Source of the DNA: Octopus vulgaris
Lineage: Eukaryota
Reading direction: 5' to 3'
NCBI GenBank assembly: GCA_951406725.2
Contig: OX597834.1
Span: 21,576,001 to 21,640,000, forward strand
DNA length: 64,000 bases
Below, one piece after another: positions 12,831 to 25,842 of the stretch (positions within the stretch are counted from its first letter, which is position 1; each line of letters begins with the position of its first letter). A model generated the notes under the pieces. That model did no database searches, was not told the DNA's origin, and worked only from the letters and a program-made list of their open reading frames with translations. Made by a program: the position numbers and the translations under genes.

Positions 12831-14004
12831 ACACACCATCAGATGTCCATAAAACGTACATTCTCTCTGTTGACTTTGCCAATCAGCTATAAACAAATTC
12901 TTCGAATTTCCAACTACTTTGCATTATATGTGTTGACATTTCTTGCTTCAGCTCAGATAATTACCAAAAACTACCAGACAGATAAAAATATTTGAAAAAA
13001 AAAGTAATAAATTTTTCGTATTTTCTTTAATAAAGTGAGAGGCTGACAAGAAGAAAATCACGGTGATTGATTGAATACACATTACATCTCTTATATCATC
13101 ACTCAACTTATAAGAAATAGCAGTCATGTCACCCTCAAATAACATTCTTTGTTCTTTCATTTTTACATCCATTTTGCCATGCTAGCATGGGTTAGATGGA
13201 TAAATGAATATCTTAGATCGGTGTTTCTCAACTGAGATCCATATGTCCCCTGAGATTTTTGAGGGTTCATGCAACAATTTAGTGAACTGTGGTTCCACAG
13301 AAGTATTTTAAGGGCCCCTGAAAAAATTTTGCTTTAGTTTTATGTCAGTGGATATGGTCTGACTGGCCTGGTGCAGCCTTCGGGCTCCCCAGCCCCCAGT
13401 TGAACCGTCCAACCCATGCTAGCATGGAAAGCGGACGTTAAACGATGATGATGATGATGATGATATATACATATATATATGTATACATTTATGTGAGTGT
13501 CTTTGTGTCTGTGCTTGCCCCCACTACCACCACTGTCGCTTGCCAACTAATGTTGGTGTGTTTATGTTCCTGTGACTTAGTGGTTCAGCAAAAGAAACCG
13601 ATAGAAAAAGTACCAAAGAATAAGTCCTGGGGATGATTTCTTCGACTAAAAGGTGGTGCTCCAGCATGGCCACAGTCAAATGACTGAAACAAGTAAAAGA
13701 GTAAAGAGTAACCGAACACTAGAGTAAAAGACCCAGATTTCCAATCAGTTTCCACAGTTTGCATTAACCCAACATTAGAACAGAAGGCCCAGGTTCTCTT
13801 GCAACCACTAGGTGTCCTCTTTCCATGCACAAAGTCTGGATCAATCCAAGGTTGTGATAGGAAATCCGGGTTTCCATTTTTCCTATACCCAACATCACAT
13901 ACAAACCTTTGATCACCCAAAGGGTTGCAGCTAAGCTCACTGCCATCAATTCACCATGAAGAAAGTTCACCATGAGGAAAGTTTACCGGGAAAATTTATC
14001 CATA

Positions 14005-14240
14005 GCGGAAGGTGTTTATAAACCATTTAAAAACATACAAAAACTTAGATTCATAGAATTTTGTCAGTGAACAGGTCATGGTCTCAAAGCAATGGAAATA
14101 TTTTGACAAATTTAAATATTGAAGTGAATCTAATGGTTTTTGTGTTTTTTGAATGGCTTATAAATACCTTCCATGCTGCAAATTTTTTTGTTTCAGCACA
14201 TGATCTCAGATCAGGTCACTTGCTATGCAAGTACATCTCT
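14005..14240 (-). repeat. Unclassified interspersed repeat (second copy at 36612-36795, opposite strand)
   Basis: Shares CTTGCATAGCAAGTGA and GGAAGGT.TTT.TAAGCCATT with 36612-36795; carries a partial internal inverted copy. Confidence 0.7.
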
Positions 14241-14454
14241 GTTTATCCATAGTATTTTACAATTAATAATTAAAAACTATTTCATCAGGAAAAAGCAAAA
14301 ACTGTGAATTGATGACAGTGAACTTTCCCTGCAGTGAATTGATGACGGAGTACTTACAGGACATGCAACTAGAAGGTGCGTTAAACACTTGGCCATGTGA
14401 CCATCCAGTTGGATTCAAGCACAGTCCCTCTTAATTGTAAAACAAACTTATTAA

Positions 14455-14763
14455 AAAAGCACCATCCGATCGTGGCTGTTGCCAGCCTTGCCTGGCCCCC
14501 GTGCTGGTGGCATGTAAAAAGCACCATCCGACCATGGCCGTTTGCTAGCCCTGTCTGGCACCTGTGCTGGTGGCATGTAAAAAGCACCCACTACACTCAT
14601 AGAGTGGTTGGTGTTAGGAAGGGCATCCAGCCATAGAAACATTGCCAGATCAGACTGGGCTTGGTGCAGCCTTCTGGCTTCCCAGACCCCAGTTGACAGT
14701 TGAACCGTCCAACCCATGCTAGTATGGAAAGCGGACACTAAATGATGATGATGATGATGATGA
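14455..14763 (+). mobile_element. Family C retroposon
   Basis: GGTGTTAGGAAGGGCATCCAGCC...CCAACCCATGCTAGTATGGAAAGCGGAC then (GAT)n. Confidence 0.85.
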
Positions 14764-16282
14764 TACTTATGTCCCTGATTCTGTGGTGGTTCAGAAGTTA
14801 GTAAAAAATGTGCTAAAATAGTGGGCCGGTGGGGGTTGGTGGTGTAACATTTTGTAATAATGGTTAAGCTGTATTTTTAGCTTTCTTACTTGAAGCCAAT
14901 TTTTCACCTTTCACCTATCGACTCTGTTCTAAATATCAGATATTCTTCAATTCATACCTGAAATTCCAACTTTTATGTACCATTCCAGAATTAATCATTA
15001 AAGCAGCTCTTTGTCTAGACATTTCTCTCTCTCTTTCTCTCTCTTACCTTCTATCCTTCTAGGTGTGTGTGTGTGTGCAGATATGTATGTACTCATAAAC
15101 ATATATACACGCCTACGCATAGACGCACCCCCCCCACACACACACGTATGAAACATGTTTGTACATCATCGTTTAACATTCCTGTTGCTTTATATGCGCA
15201 TATATATTTGAGTATATGTATATATGTGTGCGTGTGTGTACATTATACACATACATGAAATATCTGTCTGTGTGTCTGTGTCTCTGCGTGTCTGTGTAAT
15301 ATACATATACATGAAACATCAGTGTGTGTGTGTACCTATATATCTATCTATGTTTGTATATACATTTATATATGAAAGTTCAACTTAAAATATTTCCACT
15401 GAATTTTGCCCCTGCTTCCAATAAATTTTCTTTGTACCAAACTGATTTCGGAATTTACTTTCTCCGACTGCCAATGATTCTCAGAATTCTTTCCAACCTT
15501 TCTTTCTGATTTATTCTCAAGCCGTCCTCCAGCTACAAGAATTATCTTTGGCACCTTAAGTTTCAGTTTCGCCTTTTGTTTGGGGTTTTTTATCAATATT
15601 TATTTTGGGTGTTTTATTTATCAGGTGGAGTTCAATGTGATTCTAGTTCTTATCTCTTTCACTTTATTGATTTTTTTTTCTTCCTTTTTGATCTTATTTG
15701 TGTTAGGTATTTTTATTTCTCTCTGTTTTTTTTTTTTTGTTTTTCTTTCTTTCTTATGTTTGTTTTTGGCTGGTTTTGGTGGCAGTGGTGGTGGTGGTGT
15801 CATTTACTACAGTGCTTTGTTATTTTGAATTTTTATCCAGCTGAGATTTATATACACACACATATATATATATACATATATATTATACACACACACACAA
15901 CACATACATATATACATACGCATATATACATATATATATATATGCACAGTTATGTATACATATATTTCTAAATATATATATATATATACACACATATACA
16001 TATATACATTTATCCCATATTTGTTTTATAGTCTTCACACCATTATTTATTTGGCTTAAACTTGCTCTATTTGCTTTGATAAAAGACAAAAAAAAATGTC
16101 TTGTGTGGCATATGTCTGCCTTTTCATTGTTTATGAATACAATACACAAGTTCTTTGACTGATTACCATATTTTTACATGGAATAAATTGCCATCAAAAC
16201 ACATTTATTGAAGACTTCTTTCCTTTTTTTTTTTGTTTTGCCTTGTACATAGAATAGGACAGAAATCAGTTATGGACTGCTA

Positions 16283-16316
<34 letters not shown>

Positions 16317-16545
16317 TCTTGTTTTCTTTATGAGACTTTATTGTGAACTCCTGAGAACTTTCAGGTTTCCATTCAAAATGGAGACGAACAGCATTCCTCC
16401 ATGTTATCAGCTTGAAAAACTGTTAAGATATAAGACAGTTTTCTTAACGTGAAACCAATGGTAGCCTTAATACACAAATAAAGAAATTTTATCCACCGGT
16501 GCAGTGTTGAGCACTTATTCTCACTGTTCAACATTTACATATTCT

Positions 16546-16625
<80 letters not shown>

Positions 16626-16628
16626 TAC

Positions 16629-16818
16629 TTTATTTAAAAGCAGTAGAAATATCACAAAAACTGTTACTCAGAGTTTCACGTTCCTGTTCGTTGGACTGGG
16701 AATGAGTAACAGTTTTTGTGATGTTTCTGCTGCTTTTAAATAAAGCATATTACTCTACCTCTGCTATTTGAGTACTCCTTTTTTTCCACTTTGTTTCACA
16801 TTTATGTGCTTACTCTGG
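16629..16818 (+). mobile_element. Fold-back plus tail element in (TA)n with decayed hammerhead-like motif
   Basis: Arms 16629-16670 and 16703-16744, tail 16745-16818; motif on the minus strand at 16661-16698. Confidence 0.65.
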
Positions 16819-16874
16819 TATATATATATATATATATTCTTATATGTGTATGTATATATTCTTATATGTGTATG

Positions 16875-16910
<36 letters not shown>

Positions 16911-16914
<4 letters not shown>

Positions 16915-17132
16915 GTAAATTAATATGTTACCATTATTCAATAGTCAAGATAAAACTCTGAGTTTCAGATAACCGAAGAGATGGTGTTGTGGATTTCCAC
17001 TTCGGCATCTGAAACTCAGAGTTTTATCTTGACTATTGAATAATTGTCACATATTATTTTACAGATAAATTTCCTCTATTTACATAATATTGAAGTCTCT
17101 TTCTTTCTTTTGTTATCTTACCGTTTTTATCA
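16911..17132 (+). mobile_element. Fold-back plus tail element in (TA)n with hammerhead-like motif
   Basis: Arms 16911-16970 and 17007-17066, tail 17067-17132. Confidence 0.65.
16968..17028 (+). ncRNA. Type I hammerhead-ribozyme-like fold with variant core
   Basis: GATAA-CCGAAG-AGATG..stem II..CATCT-GAAA-CTCAGAG-TT-TTATC; stem I is a perfect 5 bp and stem III is near-palindromic; core has U4C and lacks one A. Confidence 0.45.
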
Positions 17133-17156
17133 ATATATATATATATATATAAATAT

Positions 17157-18252
17157 ATATGTTAATAAAATAGAACATATGCATATATATAAACATATAT
17201 GTACGTACCTACCTCTACATGTACATATACACGCATATATGTGTACAGGACACCAAAAAGACGTCGAACACATAGAGAGACGAAAAACATAGACACAAAC
17301 CAAGGAACAGGACAAGCAAAAAAGAAAAAAAGAGATACAGGACAATAAGCACAACGAAAAATCCCCTTCTTCAGTCGCTAAGGTTTCATCTACTCTACGT
17401 TTCGAAGGATAAAAGCGAGACGTATACTTCGAAGAAACTTCCTTCCTGCGAAAAGCAAATCAATTAAAATTCTGAGATCTTTTCGCAGAGGGGTAAAAAA
17501 TGGTAAAAAAAGCAAGACGGTAACGACAGTACAAACATATAAACAGTAAAAAAAAAAAAATTATATATAAACAGTTGAAAAATAAATATATAACAGTGAG
17601 AGACAGGACAAGGAGAACAAGATAAGAAGGGCTGTTTACGCCAGACGAAAAAAGTAATGCAAACGCTGGATTATAGTGGACGACGAGAGAGAAAGAATGT
17701 CGACCAGTGGCCTTAGAAGGCGGGCGAGAAAAGACAGGATAGCAGTTACGACGGAAGTATCGTCGCAGATGGATGACGGGAATGGGGGAGGAGGAGCAAG
17801 AGGAAGAGAGAGAAGAAGGGGAATGGTGCGAGGAGACCATGAAGAATGGTGAGGGGGAGAGAGAGAATGAAGAATGAGAGAGAGAGGAAGAGACAAGTTA
17901 AGTGAGGGAAAAAGGACGAAAAAGGGAATGGGAGAGAAAGAAAGAAAGATGCAGAGTCGCGTGAGAGTTAATATCAAGGCTAACTTGATAAACAGAACAA
18001 TCTTACTTAATAGGGTGCGTGCGTTTAGTCGTATAATATGTTAATAAAATAGAACATATGCATATATATAAACATATATGTACGTACCTACCTCTACATG
18101 TACATATACACGCATATATGTGTACAGGACACCAAAAAGACGTCGAACACATAGAGAGACGAAAAACATAGACACAAACCAAGGAACAGGACAAGCAAAA
18201 AAGAAAAAAAGAGATACAGGACAATAAGCACAACGAAAAATCCCCTTCTTCA
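17157..18252 (-). mobile_element. Non-coding element with 217-bp direct terminal repeats (879-bp period) in (TA)n
   Basis: 17157-17373 matches 18036-18252 with no difference seen by eye; (TA)n flanks; no credible ORF. Strand is inferred. Confidence 0.7.
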
Positions 18253-18494
18253 TATATATATATCATAGAATATCATTAAATTTTATATATGCGCAGAGGC
18301 CACAAATCACTAAGGCCAAAATAAGAATCCTTACATGGATGTTTGACCTGCTAGAAATAGAAGCCAAACCTGCTGATTTTTTTGTTTTATGCACATATAT
18401 TAATGCAGACAAATGCTATCTCAAGGCATGAGCACACTGACCAATGGCCTGGAGACCACACCAATCTAGGACCCTAATGCTGTGGTTTACTGTC

Positions 18495-19090
18495 ATCATC
18501 TTCATCATTTAACGTCCAGTGTCCATGCTGGTATGGGTTGGACAGTGTAACCCGAGGTGGTAAGGTAGCAGGGCTGCATCAGATGTCAGTCTGCTTTGGT
18601 ATGGTTTCTATAATTGCCTGCCCTTCCTAACACCAACCACTTTGCAGAACGTGCTGGATGCTCTTATGTGGCATCATACAAGCACTGTTACATGTTGTCT
18701 CATGGACACTTTTATGTCACAGCATGGACATTTTACATGTTGTCACATGTGTGGTTTTATGTTTTGCTACATGGGAATTTTTTACATGGCACCTCATGGA
18801 CACATTTATGTCATCACACGGGCAGTTTTACATGTCACAGCATGGACACTTTTACATGTTGTCACATTGGTGTTTTTATGTTTTGCCACATGGATATTTT
18901 TGCATGGCAACCACATAAGCAATTTTACTTGTCACTGCACAAGCGATTTTACATATCATCACATGGACACTTTTACATGGTGCAGCATGGACACTTTTAC
19001 ATGTTGACACATGGGTGTTTTTATGTGCCGCCACATGGGACTACATGGTTTCTTTTATGTGACACCACCAATAGTGCTTTACACCACCAG
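18495..19090 (-). mobile_element. Family C retroposon with internal ~23-bp minisatellite expansion
   Basis: Family C end at 18495-18670, followed by many TTTTACATGTTGTCACATGGACAC-like units. Confidence 0.7.
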
Positions 19091-19474
19091 AATCGGTCTT
19101 AAGACTTCTGCTGCTGCAGAAGTGTCAATGTATAAATAATATAAGGCCCAATGCCCTCATTCTTCCCCCACTGCAGGTCATTTGTGCAGCTGGAACAGCT
19201 TGGCCACCATCTTTTAAAATGACAGGATGGCTATGGTTGAGTTGGATATTTTCGGTCAAATTTTACTTTATCAGAGTCGACTGAAGGAGGTTAAACAGCA
19301 ACATCAACGAATGGTGTCTCTTTCAAAAGGATGAATGAATTATATGACCACATTTATTGTTGTGGTATTTTATTAGTATAGAAGCTGCAGCAGGCTGAAA
19401 TATGTGCGTACACCAGTGTGTGCATGTGTATATATATATATACACACATACTCACACACACAAAAACACACATA

Positions 19475-19507
<33 letters not shown>

Positions 19508-19758
19508 GTATGTATGTGTGTATAGGTATATAAATATGTATATTTTATTATTTAGCTTAGTCATAGTCATACTAATAATCTGGTGTTAGAATTCTGTATA
19601 CTTACAGAAGCACACACACACACAAATATATATATATATGATATATGTATATATATATATACACATATAGTATATATATTATATATATATATAAATATAT
19701 CATCATCATCATCATCGTTTAGCGTCCGTAAATATATGTATATATATATATATATATA

Positions 19759-19965
19759 GCAATAATAATTCTCTAAAAGGGATATAGACAGTAACTGCTC
19801 GATAACATAAGGGACAAAGCATCTGAATATGGCTAGGGACAGGGCAGGGTGGTGGGGTGACTGTGCATTTAGCCCCAGATGTTCGCCTGGGGCTAAATGC
19901 AACAGTAACACCCCCACCACCCTGCCCTGTCCCTAGCCATATTCAGATGGCTTTAGTCCCTTATG

Positions 19966-19969
<4 letters not shown>
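19759..19969 (-). mobile_element. Fold-back plus 43-bp tail element in (TA)n
   Basis: Arms 19802-19878 and 19887-19969, loop ATGTTCGC, tail 19759-19801. Confidence 0.65.
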
Positions 19970-20004
<35 letters not shown>

Positions 20005-20107
20005 GATGTGTGTGTATATATATATATATATAATATATATGATGTGTATATATATATATAATATATATGTGATGTGTGTGTATATATATATATATAATAT
20101 ATATGTG

Positions 20108-20140
<33 letters not shown>

Positions 20141-20584
20141 CGTATGTATGTATGTATATATACGTACACAAGTAGACACACCTACAAATCTATGTAGTCT
20201 GATGTTGCTTTCAACTATCTTCTCTTTCTCTCCCTTTTTCCTTCTCTTTTTCACCCTCTCTCCCACCCTCTCTCTGTCTCCCTCCCTCCCTCTGTTGGCT
20301 TCTGCACCGTCTCTTTCTTCCCCCTCTCTCATCATTTTACAAGGAACACATTAACAGTTACATTACTGTATGTTTACTGGTTCCCTTTAATCTCCAACAC
20401 CTAAATCTGTGCTTAATATCTTTTTATCCTGTTTATACAAGCCATCAAATACATCACACCGAAAAGATGTTCAACAGGAACGGCTCCTCCGCTCCTCCTC
20501 CGCTGTTCAGATAATCTTACCAAAAGAAAGACATCCCCCCACTTCCTTTCTCCATCTCTCTCTCTCTCTCCTTCTCTGCTCCTT

Positions 20585-20740
20585 CTTACACTCCCATCTA
20601 TTTCTCTCTTCCCTTCTCTCCTTCTTCCCTTCTCTCCATCTTCCCTTCTCTCCTTCTTCCCTTCTCACCTTCTTCCCTTCTCTCCTTCTTCCCTTCTCTC
20701 CTTCTTCCCTTCTCTCCTTCTTCCCTTCTCTCCTTTTTTC
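20585..20740. repeat. Polypyrimidine tandem repeat (TTCCCTTCTCTCCTTC units)
   Basis: Directly visible repeated units. Confidence 0.8.
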
Positions 20741-21162
20741 ATTCTCTCCCTCATCTCTCTCTCCCTCAAGATTGCTTCCTTCTCCTCACTCCCACCACTC
20801 CACAACCTTTGATCCCTACTTATGTAAAACAAGACATCGGTCATGTTATCTGGGACCAGAATAATTCAAATTGAGAAACAACCAAAGAAGCCGGCTTGTT
20901 TTATTTTGTTCTGTTTTGTTTGTTTGTATTATTTTTATGTTTTTGTTTTGTTTGATTGTTTTGTTTGATGGTTTGACTGATTGTTCATTTGTTTGTTTGA
21001 TGAGTTTTCCCTTCAATACCTTCTTCCCCATCATTTTGCCCTATTCTTACAACATAGAAATTATGATTTAATGCTATTTGCTACCGACATATATACACAC
21101 AGACATAAAATTTATATACCTGCATACAAATATATATGTGTGCGTGTGTGTGTATGCATATA

Positions 21163-21428
21163 TAGTAAATCCCAAAAAGAGCAAACAAGAAAAGCAACAA
21201 CACAAAGACATGGTACATGTAATGTATTAGCAGATGCTCAGGAAAGCAAAGAAAGATGGTTTAACATTTTGAGCAGACGCTCTTCTTCGGAAAAAGAGGA
21301 AAGTCCAATAAAAGGGAAGACGGAGGAAGAAAATTGCCAATGATTCACATGTGGTTACATTTTGAAATGACCAGAAGGGAATAGACGAAGAAAAATTTCT
21401 TTCTAAGACAGGAGAGTCTAAGAGGAGG

Positions 21429-21430
<2 letters not shown>
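21163..21430 (-). mobile_element. Penelope-like 3' fragment with decayed CCGAAGA hammerhead-like motif
   Basis: Minus 21260-21293: TTT-CCGAAGAA-GAGC-GTCT-GCTC-AAAA-TG-TT-AAA; downstream TTCCTGAGCAT..CTAATAC is shared with the 7180 and 61678 elements. Confidence 0.55.
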
Positions 21431-21478
<48 letters not shown>

Positions 21479-21641
21479 CCTTATTTTAATGTGTATAAGG
21501 GACCCCTAATTTTGCAGGCTTAAAATTTGGAAAAAAAAAGGTTTTGTACGGGATTATAATACTATCCATGTATAAGAAACTCCCATATTTTTTAACCTAA
21601 TTTTTAACCAAAAGGGGTCCCTTATACACGTTAAAATACAG
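21479..21641. mobile_element. Tc1/mariner (pogo/Tigger-like) MITE
   Basis: ~29-bp TIRs CCTTATTTTAATGTGTATAAGGGACCCCT and AGGGGTCCCTTATACACGTTAAAATACAG; TA at the left flank. Confidence 0.7.
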
Positions 21642-21664
21642 TGTATATATAATGAATATCTGTT

Positions 21665-21954
21665 ATCTTTTGCTTGTTTCAGTCACTGGACTGCGACCAT
21701 GTTGGGGCATGGCCTTAAACTTTTAGTCAAATGAAGTGACCCCACTAATTCTATTTTTTTTTCAAGAAGTGTTTCTTATTCTATTGGTCTCTTTAACCGA
21801 ATTACTAAGTGACAGGGATAGAAACATACCAACAATGGTTGCCAGGCAGTGGTGGGGAGAGAAAAACAGACACAAAATCACACACACACACATATATATG
21901 TGTATATATACATATATATATATATGTGTGTGTGTGTATATATGTGTGTGTGTA

Positions 21955-22000
<46 letters not shown>

Positions 22001-22160
22001 TATATATATGTCAGGTTTCTTTCAGTTTCCATCTGCCAGATCCACTCACAAGACTTTGGTTGGCCTAAGGCTATAGTAGAAGACACTTCTCCAAGGTGCC
22101 ATGCAGTGGGACTGAACCTGGAACTATGTGGTTGGGAAGCAAGCTTCTTACCACACAGCC
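21665..22160 (-). mobile_element. SINE B copy
   Basis: Family B head and tail with an expanded internal (TA)/(TG) tract. Confidence 0.85.
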
Positions 22161-23087
22161 ATATGTAAACATTTAAATATACATATGCACACACACTTAT
22201 ATATACGCTCACACACATACATGCACATACATATTTATGAATGTATGTATACTGATAGATAGATCAGATCTTAAACCTATAACAAAATAGAAATGTTTAG
22301 CCTATAATAACAATAGGAAAGAAGTTTCTATAGCCTATAGCATCAAGAGAATCTCAGCCTATAGCAACAATAGAAGAATATAGTCTATTGTAACAATAAA
22401 GGACATCAGCTGAATCAGCTGACGGTATTCCAAAAGAGTATCACATCATGTTACGTACTTTATTAACATAATGTGACATGACATGATGGTCAGTAATGGA
22501 GTGCTTTTTGCAAAACAAGCCTGCTCAAACCTCACTGACCTCATCATATTCAATAACAATTCTGTATGAACAGAAATGCAAATTTGATTATTTTTGGTCA
22601 CAAGACTACCCCCCACCCCCCAGTAACATTCAAACAAGAATGCGCATCCATTATTCTATCATTCTATCAAGCGATGAAGGAGGATTTACCAAAAAATTCC
22701 TTGGTCCGGTGACCAGTTTCTTGGTAGAGATATCACATTACATATATTTATTAATGCTATCCTCTCAGACTGCTTATAAAATTTGTTTGAAGAAAATGGT
22801 AAAAATAGCTTCTAAAAATCAATTTCTTTGCTATCCACTCAGTTATCCTTATCATCATCATCTTCATCATCGTCATCATCATCATTATTCTCATCCTTAT
22901 TCAATGTCTATTTTCCATGCTGGCATGAGTTGGATAGTTTGACAGGAGCTGGCAAGGCTGGAGAGCTGCACCAGGCTCCAATCTTTTTTTTTGGCATGGT
23001 TTCTATGGCTGGACACCCTTCCTTACGTCATCCACTTTACAGAGTGTACTAGGTGCTTTTTATGTGGTACCAGCACCAATGTTTTAT

Positions 23088-23510
23088 ACAGGAGTGGCTG
23101 TGTGGTAAGTAGCTTGCTTACCAACCGCATGGTTCTAGGTTCAGTCCCACTGCATGGCACCTTGGGCAAGTGTCTTCTACTATAGCCTCAGGCCAACCTA
23201 AGCCTTGTGAGTGAATTTGGTAGACAGAAACTGAAGGAAGCCCATCGTATATGTGTGTGTGTATATGTGTATGTGTATGCACGTGTGTGTGTGTTTGTGT
23301 GTCTGTGTTTGTTCCCACCATCACCACCTTCATTTGATAACCAATTTTGGTATGTTCACGTTCCCGTAACTTAGCAGTTCGGCAAAAGGAACCGATAGAA
23401 TAACTACTAGGATTACAAAGAATAAGACCCGGGATCGATTTGTTTGACTAAAGGCAGTGCTCCAGCATGGCCGCAGTCATATGACTGCAAAAAATAAAAG
23501 AATAAAAGAA
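23088..23510 (+). mobile_element. SINE B copy
   Basis: CAGGAGTGGCTGTGTGGTAAG...CAGCATGGCCGCAGTC. Confidence 0.9.
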
Positions 23511-24538
23511 TGGCACCAACCCGAGAAGAAATGCAAACTTGATTATGTCTCGTCTCAAAACTTACCATCCAAAGTCACATTCCATTAAGAATACACATCC
23601 ATCATTTTACCATTCCACTGAAGGATAAAGAAGAATTCACAAAACCATCTTAAGTCTGGTGACCAGTTCCTTGTTTAAGATATCGCATCGCATAGATTTA
23701 TTAATGCCATTCTCTTAGTCTGCTTCCAAAATTTGTTTGAAGGAAATGGTAAAAATAGCTTCTAAAAGTCATTCAAAGTCATCTGTCATAATTCTAATCT
23801 CTCGTATCAATCGAAATATTTTTTCAGTCTCTTTTCTAATTTTTTTTTTCTTCTAATGAAAAGACGTAAATGATAATTCTGATAATTATAATTATAGCCA
23901 ATAATTGATTCTATCAAATAACTGATTGTATCGCACTTGGGTGAGATAAAGGAAATATCAAATGAGGAGGTGTATGTGTGTACGTTTATGTGTGTGTGTG
24001 TGCGTGCGAGTGTGCATGTGTGTGCATGTATGCATATATATATATATCTATGTATATTTCTGTATGTATATATATGTGTATTCATATGTATATATGTATA
24101 TATATATATATACATATATACATATAAATGTATATGTATATATGTATGTGTGCATATATATGTGTGTGTGTATATATATGTGTGCGTGTATGTATAGATA
24201 GATGGATGATAGATAGACAGATAAGCAAATACATGCATGTATGTATGAGTATATGTGTATGTATGTGCGTTTATGTGTGTGTGCAGCTGTGAGGTGGCTG
24301 AGTTGTTAGCACGCCAGACAAACTGCTTAGCAGCTTTTTATCTATCATAGTTTTACCATTCTGAGTTCAAATTCTACCAAAATCAACTTTGACTTTCATC
24401 CTTTCAGGGTTGATGAAATGAGTACCAGTTGGGTACTGGGGGTGGGGGTGGGTCAGAGTAATCTGGCAATTCTGTCCCCTGATATTTCTGGACTTGTACC
24501 TATTGTAGAAAAAAAGAATATGTACATATGTGTGTGTA

Positions 24539-24577
<39 letters not shown>

Positions 24578-24740
24578 GGCACAGGCGTGGCTGTGTGGTA
24601 AGTAGCTTGCTTTACCAACCACATGGCTCTGGGTTCAGTTCCACTGTGTGGCACCTTAGGCAGGTGACTTCTGCTATAGCCTCGGGCTAACCAAAGCCTT
24701 GTGAGTGGATTTGGTAGACAGAAACTGAAAGAAGCCCGTC

Positions 24741-24777
<37 letters not shown>

Positions 24778-24983
24778 GTGTGTGTGTGTGTGTGTGTGTC
24801 CCTGCAACTTAGCTTGACAACTGATGCTGGTGTGTTTATATCCCCATAACTTAGCGGTTCAGCAAAAGAGACCAATAGAAGAAGTACTAGGCTTACAAAG
24901 AATAAGTCCTAGGGTCGATTTGCTCGACTAAAGGTGGTGCTCCAGCATGGCCATAGTCGAATGCCTGAAACAACTAAAAGAAT
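24578..24983 (+). mobile_element. SINE B copy
   Basis: Full family B structure. Confidence 0.9.
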
Positions 24984-25533
24984 AATATAGATATTCTTAT
25001 ATATATATATATATTCTCATATATATATATTTATATATATATTCTCATATATATATTTATATATTAATATATATTAATATATTTATATATATTTAAATAT
25101 TAATATTTATGTATGTATTATATACATATATATATACATACATACATACATATATTTATGGGCTTAGTAAAATAATAAGGAGACATTTAGGAACCATAGA
25201 AGTCAATATATGAATAACTTTTGAAATTTTCCTATCAACTGAAGTGTGTGTGGATGTGTGTGTGCGTGCATACATGTGTTTGTGTGTGTGTAGGTTTATA
25301 TTCATACACACAAACACAAACATGTCTACACATAGATAAATACAAATTTTGCAAAAAATTACAATGGTATATATTAAAGGTTTATGGTCTCGAGTAAATT
25401 AGAAGGATGGACAGATTAATTAGTCCAGCCAGTGTAATGAAAAATATCTGTCTAATGATATCTTTTATTATGAATGCATTTCAGTTTTAGTGCTGTTATT
25501 TTTTAAAAATCTTCCTACAGATTATTTGAATGG

Positions 25534-25670
25534 AAAATCAAAACCAAAATCGAACTTTCCATATGTGTGTGGGTGGTGCAGGTTTAGTTGGGATGCATCG
25601 TTGGATATGGGTGCGTGGGTGAATGGGTGGGATGTGTACAAAAAACGTGTACATATATGGACACACACGA

Positions 25671-25708
<38 letters not shown>

Positions 25709-25736
25709 TCGTGTGTGTACATATATATATATATAC

Positions 25737-25780
<44 letters not shown>

Positions 25781-25804
25781 GTGTGTACATATATATATAT
25801 ATAC

Positions 25805-25842
<38 letters not shown>

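Noticed and set aside
16973-16978. Alternative reading of CCGAAG as just the inverted copy of CTTCGG (17000-17005)
   Set aside because: Not fully excluded. The hammerhead reading is kept because stem I is perfect and stem II stays in register; confidence was lowered accordingly.
18660-19060. Array superficially like CRISPR or a Cys/His-rich CDS
   Set aside because: Degenerate tandem units with no unique spacers, eukaryotic context, and embedded in a retroposon.
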